Assembly (NCBI GenBank): GCA_021323865.1
Contig: JAJPKF010000025.1
Coordinates: 128,355-192,354, forward strand
DNA from: Pseudomonadota bacterium
GTDB taxonomy: Bacteria; Chloroflexota; UBA5177; JAJPKF01
Length of the DNA: 64,000 nucleotides
Direction of reading: 5' to 3'
The notes under the pieces were generated by a model. That model was not told the origin of the DNA, searched no databases, and saw nothing but the letters and a program-made list of their open reading frames with translations. The position numbers were made by a program, and so were the translations under genes. Every line of letters starts with the position of its first letter. The stretch's first letter is position 1. Shown here one piece after another: positions 45,072-54,163 of the stretch.

Positions 45072-45356
45072 CTAGTCGACGCTCTGACCCCTTTGTGCAT
45101 TCCGACGATTGGAGTGTTCCGAGGCCCCCGGCTCGATGGCCGCCATGGGCTCCGCCGGCCGGTAGCCGGCCGTCGAGTCGATCACGAACCCCAGCTCTTG
45201 CCGCTCCGACCGCCGCTTGCGGCGGCTGATGCCCGGCTCGGTGAGCACCTGCGCCGGAGCTTCGGCCGGCGTCTCGAACGCGGCCTCGCCTCGTGCGAGC
45301 GCGCTGCTGCCGTCGCCCCAGCCGTAGGCCGGGTCACGTGGATCGTTCGTCGTCAT
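45072..45356 (-). CDS. small hypothetical protein upstream of radC
   Basis: GGAGGA SD before ATG 45356; stop abuts radC start. Confidence 0.6.
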   Translation of the reverse strand: MTTNDPRDPAYGWGDGSSALARGEAAFETPAEAPAQVLTEPGISRRKRRSERQELGFVIDSTAGYRPAEPMAAIEPGASEHSNRRNAQRGQSVD

Positions 45357-45605
45357 GATTCCTCCAGAAGCGAGGGTGAATCGGTTGGTGTGTCGGCCAA
45401 ATCCAGCTTCCGGCCTTCAGCCGGTCCGCGGTCCCTTTGCTGTGGATGGCCATGAGCCGCTGGGGGCTCGCATTGGTGACGGCGCGGATCTGCGGGCGGC
45501 CTGCCGTTCCGTGTGGTTCTCTGCGGTGGGGCTGGAGACCGGCCGGTTCGCCGGGTACCCCTGACCCCGGCAGAAGAGTGGGGATAGGATGGCGCATGCT
45601 GATTC

Positions 45606-45713
45606 ATGCCCCAGAGCCGAACTCCTCATTGCTCCATCCTGCTGATCGGATTTGTCGCCCCCTGCGCCTACATCGTCGTCCGGGCCTTCCGGGCCGGCAG
45701 CCGCGCCGGATAG
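45606..45713 (+). CDS. 35-aa hydrophobic peptide (paralogue A)
   Basis: MPQSRTPHCSILLIGFVAPCAYIVVRAFRAGSRAG; below ORF-track cutoff; differences to the copy at 45784 include 3 synonymous and several conservative changes in this frame. Confidence 0.4.
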   Translation: MPQSRTPHCSILLIGFVAPCAYIVVRAFRAGSRAG

Positions 45714-45783
45714 CACCGATCTCCTTTGCGACGGCCATAGCGCGTCGATCGATTCCAGCCGTGCCCGTGAGTGGGAATCCGTA

Positions 45784-45903
45784 GTGGGGTTTTCCTGGCT
45801 GGTTCTGCCCATTGCCCTCGTCGTGCTGGTCGGATTTGTCACCCTCTGCGCCTACGTCGTAGGCCGGGCGTTCCGGGCGGGCAGCCGCTCCCGAAACGAT
45901 TGA
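45784..45903 (+). CDS. 39-aa hydrophobic peptide (paralogue B)
   Basis: (GTG)GFSWLVLPIALVVLVGFVTLCAYVVGRAFRAGSRSRND; start uncertain. Confidence 0.4.
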   Translation: MGFSWLVLPIALVVLVGFVTLCAYVVGRAFRAGSRSRND

Positions 45904-46103
45904 CCCTTCTAGCCCCCCGATGAGCCGCATGGCGAGGCCAATCGGCATATAGTTCACGGCGGATCCGGCTCGGGTCGCGGTCGCGGGACCATGGCTGAGC
46001 GTTGGCGGACGGGTCATTGGTTGTCTCCATGGTCCGGGTCCTGGTTGATGGTCGATGCCCCGTGCGGATAATGAGTGCCGAGGACACGGCCGGGAGCTTG
46101 AAC

Positions 46104-46304
46104 ATGGACCGACTCAGAAGGATTCCTCGATGGCTGATTCCGGTGATGATCGTCGAGGCGACGCTCAAGCTCATCGCCGCCATTCAGGCGGCCCGGAACC
46201 GTCAGTACACGTGGTGCGTCGCGTTGATCCTCGTCAATTCGGCCGGCGTTCTGCCGGTGCTCTATCTCTGGCGATTTCAGAAGCGAGCTTCCGCTCTGAG
46301 CTGA
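46104..46304 (+). CDS. small two-TM membrane protein (DUF5652-like)
   Basis: GGGAG SD; MDRLRRIPRWLIPVMIVEATLKLIAAIQAARNRQYTWCVALILVNSAGVLPVLYLW. Confidence 0.6.
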   Translation: MDRLRRIPRWLIPVMIVEATLKLIAAIQAARNRQYTWCVALILVNSAGVLPVLYLWRFQKRASALS

Positions 46305-46415
46305 GGTGCCCCAGGCCGGCCTCGCCGACTGAGCCGGTGGGCGTTCCCCGGCCGCCGCTCGGATAAGAACAGCGCAGTCGTCGCCGGCTGACTCTCGCCC
46401 CACTGCAGCGCCTCC

Positions 46416-49250
46416 TCAGTTGTTGATCAGGTAGAAGCCGCGGTAGTCGACCACCGCGCCGCCGTACTCGTGGCGCACCTTGTACGAGATGACGTCCTGC
46501 GTGAAGTTGATGCCGTACAGCGGCTGGTCCTGGATGAACAGGACGGGATTGACCTGACCGCCCACGAAGCCGATCTCCACTGTGTCGATCACGCGCGGAT
46601 CGGCGACCGCGGCGGCGAAGGTGGTGGTGGCGCCCAGGTTCGTGAAGCTGTTGAGCTGCGGCGCGACGATCGGCTCGGCGTAGCCCATCATCGGGTTGAT
46701 GTCGTTGTTGGCGCCGCCCGGTAGGCCCGCCGACTTCAGGATCACCATGGCCGTGAACTCCAGGTCCGGTGGGACCAGAACGAACCGCGGCTTGAGACCG
46801 ATCGGCTTGGATGCCGCATTCTGCTGCTTGCGCATGGCCACCACGGCCGTCTGCAGGGCCGCCGAGCTGAAGGCGGTGCCCGAGTTGGCGGTGCCGATGT
46901 TGCCCGAGGAGATCGCGGTGTTCGCGTGGTTGGTGGCGTCGAAAAGCTTGTGGGCGTCGTAGATGTTGCCGCCCGCGGGGTCCAGCAGCTGGTAGACGAA
47001 CTCCGCCAGGGTGAAGGCCGCCGAGACGGCCAGCTTCTGGGGAATCTGCTTGATGGCGTAGAGGTCGTCGTTGATGATGGTCTCACGCGAGATCTGCACC
47101 AGGTTGCCCCGCTTGGTGGGCGTGTAGGTGGCATGCGTGTCGGCCAGCGTCAGCGTGGTGTAGGCGGCGTCCTCGTTGACCGTGGAGAGTGAGCCGAAGG
47201 CGCCCAGACGGATGCGGTCCTGCTGCTTGAAGTCCTTGATGGCCACCAGGTTGCTGAACTTCTGCCACTCCGACGGCCAGGCCTGATAGTCCTTGAGCAG
47301 CCGCTTGTTCATGGAGGTGCCCAGCAGGTAGGAGAAGGTGGAGGTGGTGACGTCGGCCTCTCGAAGCAGGTATTCCGCCTCGGTGAGCCGGCCCGCGGCC
47401 ATTCGCGCCTGGACGTAGCCGCGCAGGCCGCTGGCATACACCTCCTGCAGAGGCCGGTCGACGCCGCCGATGCCGGAGATGTCCACGCCCGTCGCGGTGC
47501 GGAAGGCCTGCCTTATGCCGCCCAGGGCCGGAACCGCCCGCGCCTCCTCCGATTCGCACACGTCGAACAGCTTGTCGAACGCCGCCTGGAGCTGCTCGTA
47601 CTCCGAGAGCCCCATGCGCCCGTCAAACGGCTTCTCGAACCCGTTGCCCGAGACGCGACCCGAGGCCGAGAGGCCGGCGAGGACCTCGCGCTCGTCGCCG
47701 ATGTCCTCCTGGAGCTGCGCCTCTCCGAAGACCCGGCCGCCGTAGCGGCGGCGCAGACGCGCCTGGATGGGCTCGGGGAGGCCCGACGCGCGCAGACCAT
47801 TTTCCAGCAGCCGCTGCGACTTCTCGAGGTCGCGTTCGCGTTTGATCTGCTCGAGCAGCTGGACGGCGCTGGCGCCGGGGTCGGACGGCGTGGCCGGCGA
47901 GGGAGACAGCGCCTCCTTGACGTGACTCAGCTCTCGGGCGGCGGCGTCACGCTCGGCCAGCACGCGCTGAAGCTGTTCGGCGATGTCCGCGGGCGGCTCG
48001 TCCTCGCGCAGATGGGTGGCGCCGGCGGGAACGGGAGTGTCCGCCGCGCCGGCTGATGGTGTGGTGCTCATATCGCTTCCTTCCATGGATTGCTGCCGGC
48101 TGCTCGCGGTGTGCCCGCCGGTCCGGCCCAGAACCCGCTCGGCCTGACGCCGGACCGACGCTTTCTCCTCGGGTGAGAGGTCGGATTGGTCGAGGCGCGC
48201 CAGGGCGGCGACCGCGTGGCCGTGCGCGCCCCGATGACCGGCCGGCGGGATGGGAAACCGGTAGTCGGTGGTGCCGTCGGGATGATGGCGGATGACGGTG
48301 GCGAAGCGGCGCCGCTCGTCGGCCGTGAGGCGGATACCGTCGGGCGGATGGGGCTCATCGTCGGCCATGCCGGTAGCGCCGGCTTCCGCGACCTCCGCCT
48401 GCTCGACCAGTCCCGAGCCGGGCGAAACGGCGATGACGTCGTTCCTCGCCCAAGCCCGCACGGCGTCAGGACCCTGTTCTTGACTCGACTGATGGTCTTT
48501 CGTATTCGTATGATGAGTTTTCGGACTGTTGCTATCGGAACATAGGTCGCCGGCGGGTGGTACGGCGCGATCCAAAGCGCCTGCCTCCTCCATGGCTCCG
48601 TTCGGCAAAGGGCTCCCGACGGCGTGAGCTCCCGTCGCGATGCGCTCCTCGGAGCCCGCCGCGCCTGATACCTCATCGCTCTCTAGGGCGCCGTCGCCCG
48701 CTGCTTCCCCGGCGACGATCCGGTCCAGCGAGCCGCCGGCCGCGGGACGGGTCACCACGTCGATTGAGTTGACCTTGCGGATCGCCTGAACCAGGCGCAC
48801 CTTCCGGCCGGCGACCTCGGCATTGGTGGCCTCGCCGAGGGCGTCGATCGAGAGGCCGCAGATGGCCGGCTGCCGCTGCGACTCGCGGATGATGCCCCAG
48901 AGCCAGTCGTGCCCGGGCAGCAGATGGAAGTCGGCGCGAAGCCGTCCACCGCCCGGGCCGGGATCGAACCGTGGCCGTCGGTAATAGCCCACCAGGTCGC
49001 GCACCGACCGCTCCCGCCGGTCCACCGGTCCGGTGTGGTCGGCAAAGGCGCGGGCGCCGTCGAACAGCGGCGCGGCGTCCCGCAGCAGCTCGGCGGCGTA
49101 ATGGTTGCCGTTGCTGGAGGTGCCGGCCCGAATCACCGTCACCTCGACCACGTGGCCGCCCGCGCCCTCGGCGCCGTCCGCGGGCCGCGCGTCGAAATCC
49201 TCGACGATCTCCCGCAGCGTCTCGAGCCCCGTGCTCCCGTTTGCCGGCAT
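46416..49250 (-). CDS. fused prohead-protease-like / scaffold / HK97-fold major capsid protein (Mu gpI-gpZ-gpT-like in one ORF)
   Basis: 944 aa from ATG 49250 (GGGAG SD). N-terminal VIRAGTSSNGNHYAAELLRDAAPLFDGARAFADH...SIDVVTRPAAGG (Mu-like protease I pattern); central coiled coil (AEQLQRVLAERDAAARELSHVKE); C-terminal ~330 aa capsid-like (ISRETIINDDLYAIKQIP...KPRFVLVPPDLEF). Confidence 0.8.
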   Translation of the reverse strand: MPANGSTGLETLREIVEDFDARPADGAEGAGGHVVEVTVIRAGTSSNGNHYAAELLRDAAPLFDGARAFADHTGPVDRRERSVRDLVGYYRRPRFDPGPGGGRLRADFHLLPGHDWLWGIIRESQRQPAICGLSIDALGEATNAEVAGRKVRLVQAIRKVNSIDVVTRPAAGGSLDRIVAGEAAGDGALESDEVSGAAGSEERIATGAHAVGSPLPNGAMEEAGALDRAVPPAGDLCSDSNSPKTHHTNTKDHQSSQEQGPDAVRAWARNDVIAVSPGSGLVEQAEVAEAGATGMADDEPHPPDGIRLTADERRRFATVIRHHPDGTTDYRFPIPPAGHRGAHGHAVAALARLDQSDLSPEEKASVRRQAERVLGRTGGHTASSRQQSMEGSDMSTTPSAGAADTPVPAGATHLREDEPPADIAEQLQRVLAERDAAARELSHVKEALSPSPATPSDPGASAVQLLEQIKRERDLEKSQRLLENGLRASGLPEPIQARLRRRYGGRVFGEAQLQEDIGDEREVLAGLSASGRVSGNGFEKPFDGRMGLSEYEQLQAAFDKLFDVCESEEARAVPALGGIRQAFRTATGVDISGIGGVDRPLQEVYASGLRGYVQARMAAGRLTEAEYLLREADVTTSTFSYLLGTSMNKRLLKDYQAWPSEWQKFSNLVAIKDFKQQDRIRLGAFGSLSTVNEDAAYTTLTLADTHATYTPTKRGNLVQISRETIINDDLYAIKQIPQKLAVSAAFTLAEFVYQLLDPAGGNIYDAHKLFDATNHANTAISSGNIGTANSGTAFSSAALQTAVVAMRKQQNAASKPIGLKPRFVLVPPDLEFTAMVILKSAGLPGGANNDINPMMGYAEPIVAPQLNSFTNLGATTTFAAAVADPRVIDTVEIGFVGGQVNPVLFIQDQPLYGINFTQDVISYKVRHEYGGAVVDYRGFYLINN

Positions 49251-49667
49251 GGCATCTCCCTTCGGCGCCGCTCCTGGCCGTCGCGCCGTTCGCTGGATCA
49301 CAGCATGCTAGGGAGCAGCCGCGGCTCGGTCAAGGGGCCGGCAGAAGGGCTGCATTTCCGGCCAAGCGAGCGGTGCTGCGCCGGTCTGAAAAAGGCCCGA
49401 CGTAGTCGAAGCGCGTGTCGCCGGAAAAGAAGGCCGAACGGGCCCCCGCCTCTGACCACTCATCGAAAGGGGAGGCTCCTGATCTGGGAATGTGGCCCAG
49501 GCTCGGTACGCCACTGACAGCGGACAGTCCACAAGGCGTACGCCGAAGCAGACACCGTGTACTATGAAGCCAGCATAAGCTGCCGTCGTCAGCTTTTGAC
49601 GCAGGCTCGGCCGTCGGTGGTGGGATAGCTGTTCGTCGAGATACAGAGTTTGAGGGAGGGCTGGTAC

Positions 49668-52514
49668 ATGCAATCGACTATTTCGCGCTGTCTTTTCGTG
49701 GTCGTCGCCATCTCCGCATCACTCCTCACATGGATGGGGACCTCGGGAGGCGTGGCGCTTGCGCGAGACCCGGCGGTCACGGCGACAACGTCCATCGCTC
49801 CGTACTCGCCGGACATTCCCAATAGTGGCCGGATCAGCGCCCTGGCGGTCAGACCGAGTGACGACCGCCAGATTCTCGCCGCGTCGGAAACCGGCGGCCT
49901 CTTTGCCAGTGACGACGGCGGGACCAGCTGGTATCACAGGAATGATCTTGCCAGCACCTCGGTCCAAGACGTCAAGTTCGTCGGATCGCATGACCTGGTT
50001 GTCGCCTCAACCGCCCCCGACTTCGAGAGCGGCAGAGGCGGCGGCGGCATCTATACGGCGACCGGGCGCGATACCTTCGCTCGAGCCGACAACGTGTTTC
50101 CGGCCGCGGGCTCTTCCTGTCCCGAAAGACCGGCTGCGCACGGCATCGCGATCGAGCCCGGCACTCACGAGATCTACGTGGGGACCGACTGCGGCTACGC
50201 CTCCGCTGACGCGACGGTGACCTTTCACCATCACACCATTCCGGGGGCGTCGGATCAGGACATCGAAGACATGGCGGCGCTCGGGGGCGGGCACCTCATC
50301 GCCGGTGGCCCTTCCATGGGTGTGTGGTACTCGTCCGATAACGGCGCTCATTGGAACCAAGAGACCACGGGCATCGGAGACATTTCCGACATTCACGCTC
50401 TTGCCGCCGATCCCCGCGACAATGAGCATGCATTTGCCGTCAACAATGCCACGGATCTCTACCAAACCGCCGATGGCGGCAGGACCTGGCAGCAAATCAC
50501 CGCCCCTGAGGGCGCGGCCTACTGCGGCGGTATTGCGAACGTCCATGCGGTTATGGAGTCCGGCGTCGAGAAGCTCTACTTCGGCAACCACTGCGACACC
50601 ATGGTCGCCACCCTACAGCAGGACGGTACCTGGTCCTCATGGACCGCGCTGGAGGAGCTGCATCGCGACACCCGCGATTTGTCCTTCCACGTGGGGACCA
50701 ACGCGCCCTATCTTCTGAGCTCGGACGGCGGAGTTCTGCGGGCGACCGACGACACCCACTTTAGCTGGGTCGGCGGACCGGCCCACGGGCTCGACGCCCT
50801 TCAGGTGACGGAAGTGTCCGGCCAGTATGTGCCTGGTCAGGTCGACCCCACGCTCTACTTCGCAACGCAGGACAACAGCGTCTGGGCAATGAACGGCAGC
50901 AGCACGACAACGGCCAACAGCGTGTGCTGCGAGGGCTTCTTCTTTGGGATGCCGAGAGTGGTGACCCCCTCGACGCACAATCGCATCAATTACACCGTCT
51001 GTTCGTATACGTGCCAGAACCAAATCTCCGATCCGGGACTCGCCTCGCCCAGCGCGTGGAACGACGCCGAGGCAGGTGTCGGCTCGCCCAGGTTCCTCTC
51101 TCCGTATCAATACGTCGAGGCAGTGAACAATGCGGGAGGATTCACTCAGGGTCTCCAATACACGTCCGACGAAGGGGCGCACTGGACACAAATCGCAAAC
51201 ATCCCCGAGCCGCTGTTTGGCCTGCCGCAGGTTTCGGGTGGGGCCGGCAATCCAACGCTCACGCAGCCGGTCTATATCGGCACCCGTGCCTCGGACGGTA
51301 CCGCCATCGTTCAGCTCGCACGTGTCACCGATTTCAGCTCGGGGGGCACCGGCACGCTTCGGTACACGGCGCACTCCGGGTTTGGCAGCCTGGGCGTAAC
51401 GCCGACGATGTTCGCCTGGTACGAGGTCTTCGCCGTCGATCCCACCGACTCAGCCCGAATCATCGCCGCCGACGTCTTTCATGGCGATGTGCGGGAGACC
51501 ACGGACGGAGGGGACAGCTGGAGTGTCATCCCGGGAGCGACGGACCTGATTGGCCATTCCGGGACCTACGCCTTCAGTGAGCGAGTGAACAACAGATTGG
51601 TACCCAATGCCTCCGTCATCAGCTATTGCCCGGACAACACCAGCCGCGTGCTCATGGGTACTCATCGGGGCGGCGCCTATTTCTCGTATGACGGCGGCCA
51701 AACGTGGGTACCGGTCAGCCACTCCGATGCGCTCACGTACGGGACATCCGTCTTCTGGTTGAGTAACTGCGGCGCGGCCTACATGTCCACGTATGGTCGC
51801 GGTATCTTCCGGATCAATATGGCGCTTCATACCTCCACAATTCCGACGAGCGGCAACTGCGCGCCCGTCATCTGCCGGCTGCGCGAGATACTGCTCCAAT
51901 ACCATGCTCCCCCGCGGCCCGGATGTTTCATCACCGACGGCTACATCTCTCGTGTGGTGAGGCGGAGTGGCGGCAACGTGATCCACGTAACCCCGGGCAG
52001 CGTGGTGTCGTTCTATCGAAAGCGGCCTTCGAATCTGAAGGTGGTGGTCGACAAGGGGCTTGTGCAGCCGGAGAAGAACTACGAGTTTGCCGTCTTCTTC
52101 CGTCACCACAAGGTGGTCCGGACGCTGTCGGCCGGATCTCCGATACCTCTGTACCCCCAGGCGCAGGGGACCCTCGGCAAGGGGCTTGACCATCCCCGTC
52201 GGACACCGAAGGGCTCTATCCAGATCAGCTCGCCCGCCGTTGCCGACGGCACGGAGTTCCCGCTCATTCAGCCGGGCGGTGACCTCTCCATCAAGGCCTT
52301 CATTGCCCAGCCCTCGAACTATCCGGTCGTGTTGAGCATCGACGGCCTGGGAGTCGCCAAGGGTGAGCCGGGCGCCAAGGAGGTTGACTTCTTCCAGAAG
52401 CCTCAGACATGGCCCCAGGGCGCCCACGCGGTGGAGATCTACGCGGAAGCGCCCAAGGGCCGGCAGTACATTGCCGGTTCCCAGTTCTACGTGACGCACG
52501 GAGACAAGGACTAA
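49668..52514 (+). CDS. secreted BNR/Asp-box repeat (sialidase-fold-like) protein
   Basis: Signal peptide; six S/T-x-D-x-G-x-[TS/H]-W boxes (SDDGGTSW, SSDNGAHW, TADGGRTW, TSDEGAHW, TTDGGDSW, SYDGGQTW). Confidence 0.85.
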   Translation: MQSTISRCLFVVVAISASLLTWMGTSGGVALARDPAVTATTSIAPYSPDIPNSGRISALAVRPSDDRQILAASETGGLFASDDGGTSWYHRNDLASTSVQDVKFVGSHDLVVASTAPDFESGRGGGGIYTATGRDTFARADNVFPAAGSSCPERPAAHGIAIEPGTHEIYVGTDCGYASADATVTFHHHTIPGASDQDIEDMAALGGGHLIAGGPSMGVWYSSDNGAHWNQETTGIGDISDIHALAADPRDNEHAFAVNNATDLYQTADGGRTWQQITAPEGAAYCGGIANVHAVMESGVEKLYFGNHCDTMVATLQQDGTWSSWTALEELHRDTRDLSFHVGTNAPYLLSSDGGVLRATDDTHFSWVGGPAHGLDALQVTEVSGQYVPGQVDPTLYFATQDNSVWAMNGSSTTTANSVCCEGFFFGMPRVVTPSTHNRINYTVCSYTCQNQISDPGLASPSAWNDAEAGVGSPRFLSPYQYVEAVNNAGGFTQGLQYTSDEGAHWTQIANIPEPLFGLPQVSGGAGNPTLTQPVYIGTRASDGTAIVQLARVTDFSSGGTGTLRYTAHSGFGSLGVTPTMFAWYEVFAVDPTDSARIIAADVFHGDVRETTDGGDSWSVIPGATDLIGHSGTYAFSERVNNRLVPNASVISYCPDNTSRVLMGTHRGGAYFSYDGGQTWVPVSHSDALTYGTSVFWLSNCGAAYMSTYGRGIFRINMALHTSTIPTSGNCAPVICRLREILLQYHAPPRPGCFITDGYISRVVRRSGGNVIHVTPGSVVSFYRKRPSNLKVVVDKGLVQPEKNYEFAVFFRHHKVVRTLSAGSPIPLYPQAQGTLGKGLDHPRRTPKGSIQISSPAVADGTEFPLIQPGGDLSIKAFIAQPSNYPVVLSIDGLGVAKGEPGAKEVDFFQKPQTWPQGAHAVEIYAEAPKGRQYIAGSQFYVTHGDKD

Positions 52515-52545
52515 GGTGGCTGCGGCGATCAGCCGCTGATGAGAT

Positions 52546-52576
52546 GCGGCGGCCGGCCCAAGTAGCCGGCCGCCGC
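52546..52576 (+). terminator. GC-rich hairpin after BNR gene
   Basis: GCGGCGGCCGG-9 nt-CCGGCCGCCGC; no T tract; a second imperfect hairpin follows at ~52594-52630. Confidence 0.4.
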
Positions 52577-52832
52577 CACTCGCCTGCGGTACCGGCTCTC
52601 GTGGCTCTGAGCGACAGCCACCGAGAGCCGTTTCAATGTGAATCGATTGGCCGGTTAGGGTTCTCGCTCCCGGCACCCGAGGCCTTCCGTTATCAACTCC
52701 AACGGAGAGGGCGGGCGAAAGCGACACGCGTTCAGGCCCGGCCGCCCGCTCAGGCGCAGCGCTGCGTCTGCTCAGTGCGCCCGCCCCGCATGCATAATGT
52801 TCCCATCGACAACGCTCAGGAGGACAAAGGAC

Positions 52833-53918
52833 ATGCGATCAGTCATCCGCGCCCTGGCTCTCGGCTCTCTCATCGCCTGCTGCTTCGCCATCGCCGCGCC
52901 GTCCGCCGCGGGGGCGGCGCCCACCTACAGCATCAAGGCCATCATCCCTCCCGGCGGGCTCAGCTCGAACGCCGCCGACATCAACCCCGAGGGGAACGTC
53001 GCCGGTTCTGAAACGACGAGCAAGGGAAACCTCGGCTTCCTGTACTACGCCAAAACCGGCGCATACCGCGTGCTTCAGCCACCCAGCGGCGACAGCTCCG
53101 ACAATGTCAACGGGCTCAACAAGGGCAACCACATGGCCGCAACCGGGTCGAGCGACGTCTCCGTCGCCCAGCCGTTCGAGGCGCATGTGCTGAAGAACAA
53201 AGCGGCGTGGGTCCCCGTCCCCACTCCCGGCTCAACCACGCCGCCGTTCTCCACGGCGCAGGACATCAACCCCCACGACAGCCTGGCCGTGAACATCTTG
53301 CAGCCCCAGTTCCTGAACCGCGCGGCCATCGCCACGCACCGCCTCCACAAGAAGTACGTCACCCATCTGGAGAACCTGGGTTCCGGCTTCAACATCTCCC
53401 ACGCCAACGCCATCGACGAAGACGGCCGGGTGGCCGGCTGGCAGGGGACCCAAACGGACCCAACCGCGACCGTCTGGACACCCCAGGGGAAGCCCATTCT
53501 GCTCGACGGCTCGTCGGCGAACGACATCGCCGAGGGCAAGCAGGCCGGCGGAAGCGAGTCGGGCGGCACCGAGTGGGTGACCGTGGTCGGGGCCCAGGGC
53601 TCCGAGGTCGAGACACCCTGCGCGTGGCACGGCCGCTACGTCGCCGGCAAGCTGACCTTCGACCCCTGCAGCCCGCTCCCCGCGACATTCGGCAGGGCCT
53701 TGGGCATCAGCCCCGACGGCAAGCTCATCGTCGGGCAAACCCCTGCGAACGGCGCAACCCTGTGGATCGGCAGCAACGCCTACGACCTGAACTCGCTCAT
53801 ACCTTCGGGATCCGGCTGGCGCCTGATCAGCGCCGTCGCCGTCAATAGCCACGGCGATATCGTGGGCAACGGCCTCCTGAATGGCGTTTCCACCGGCTTT
53901 CTCCTGACACCCGGCTAG
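52833..53918 (+). CDS. secreted HAF-family-like extracellular repeat protein
   Basis: SD CAGGAGGA; signal peptide; repeated A-x-[DG]-I-N-x-x-G-x-[VI]-[AV]-G units (AADINPEGNVAG, ANAIDEDGRVAG, ALGISPDGKLIVG, AVAVNSHGDIVG). Confidence 0.8.
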   Translation: MRSVIRALALGSLIACCFAIAAPSAAGAAPTYSIKAIIPPGGLSSNAADINPEGNVAGSETTSKGNLGFLYYAKTGAYRVLQPPSGDSSDNVNGLNKGNHMAATGSSDVSVAQPFEAHVLKNKAAWVPVPTPGSTTPPFSTAQDINPHDSLAVNILQPQFLNRAAIATHRLHKKYVTHLENLGSGFNISHANAIDEDGRVAGWQGTQTDPTATVWTPQGKPILLDGSSANDIAEGKQAGGSESGGTEWVTVVGAQGSEVETPCAWHGRYVAGKLTFDPCSPLPATFGRALGISPDGKLIVGQTPANGATLWIGSNAYDLNSLIPSGSGWRLISAVAVNSHGDIVGNGLLNGVSTGFLLTPG

Positions 53919-53941
53919 GGCTTGGAGCCGCTCTGTCCGTC

Positions 53942-54080
53942 TGGATCACTCACAGGCACGGAATCACCCGAAGGTTGACCGAACGAGGCGAGGGGCCGGG
54001 AGCTTTCCTCCCGGCCCTTTGCGGAAACCCGAGGCGTTATCCGCGAGAAGTGTGTCTTACGCCCCAGCCACGACGTCCAG
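53942..54080 (+). repeat. ~139-bp direct repeat, copy A (contains terminator hairpin 53993-54017 + TTT)
   Basis: gggccgggag-ctttc-ctcccggccc-ttt gcggaaacccgaggcgttatccgcgagaagtgtgtcttacgcc aligns to 55621-55759. Confidence 0.7.
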
Positions 54081-54163
54081 GGGCTCTAGCCCCGGCTTCC
54101 GATGCAAATGACGCTGGAAGATAAAGATTAGATGAAGTCGGCCGCTCTAGCCGGAGGCCGCCG

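Noticed and set aside
45353-45607. 84-aa ORF whose stop overlaps the ATG at 45356
   Set aside because: GC3 is only ~55% by hand count and the composition is Arg/Pro-rich. Competing frames are equally unconvincing, so the region is left unannotated.
45604-46017. 137-aa minus-strand ORF (and 45417-45842) covering the duplicated segment
   Set aside because: Differences between the two repeat copies fall at third positions or are conservative in the plus-strand frame. The minus-frame products are low-complexity. Plus-strand mini-ORFs are therefore preferred, at low confidence.
46081-46103. Third partial copy of the 54-kb/55-kb repeat (ggccgggagctt)
   Set aside because: Only a 12-nt match with no flanking similarity. 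It also serves as the SD region of the DUF5652-like gene, so it is probably chance.
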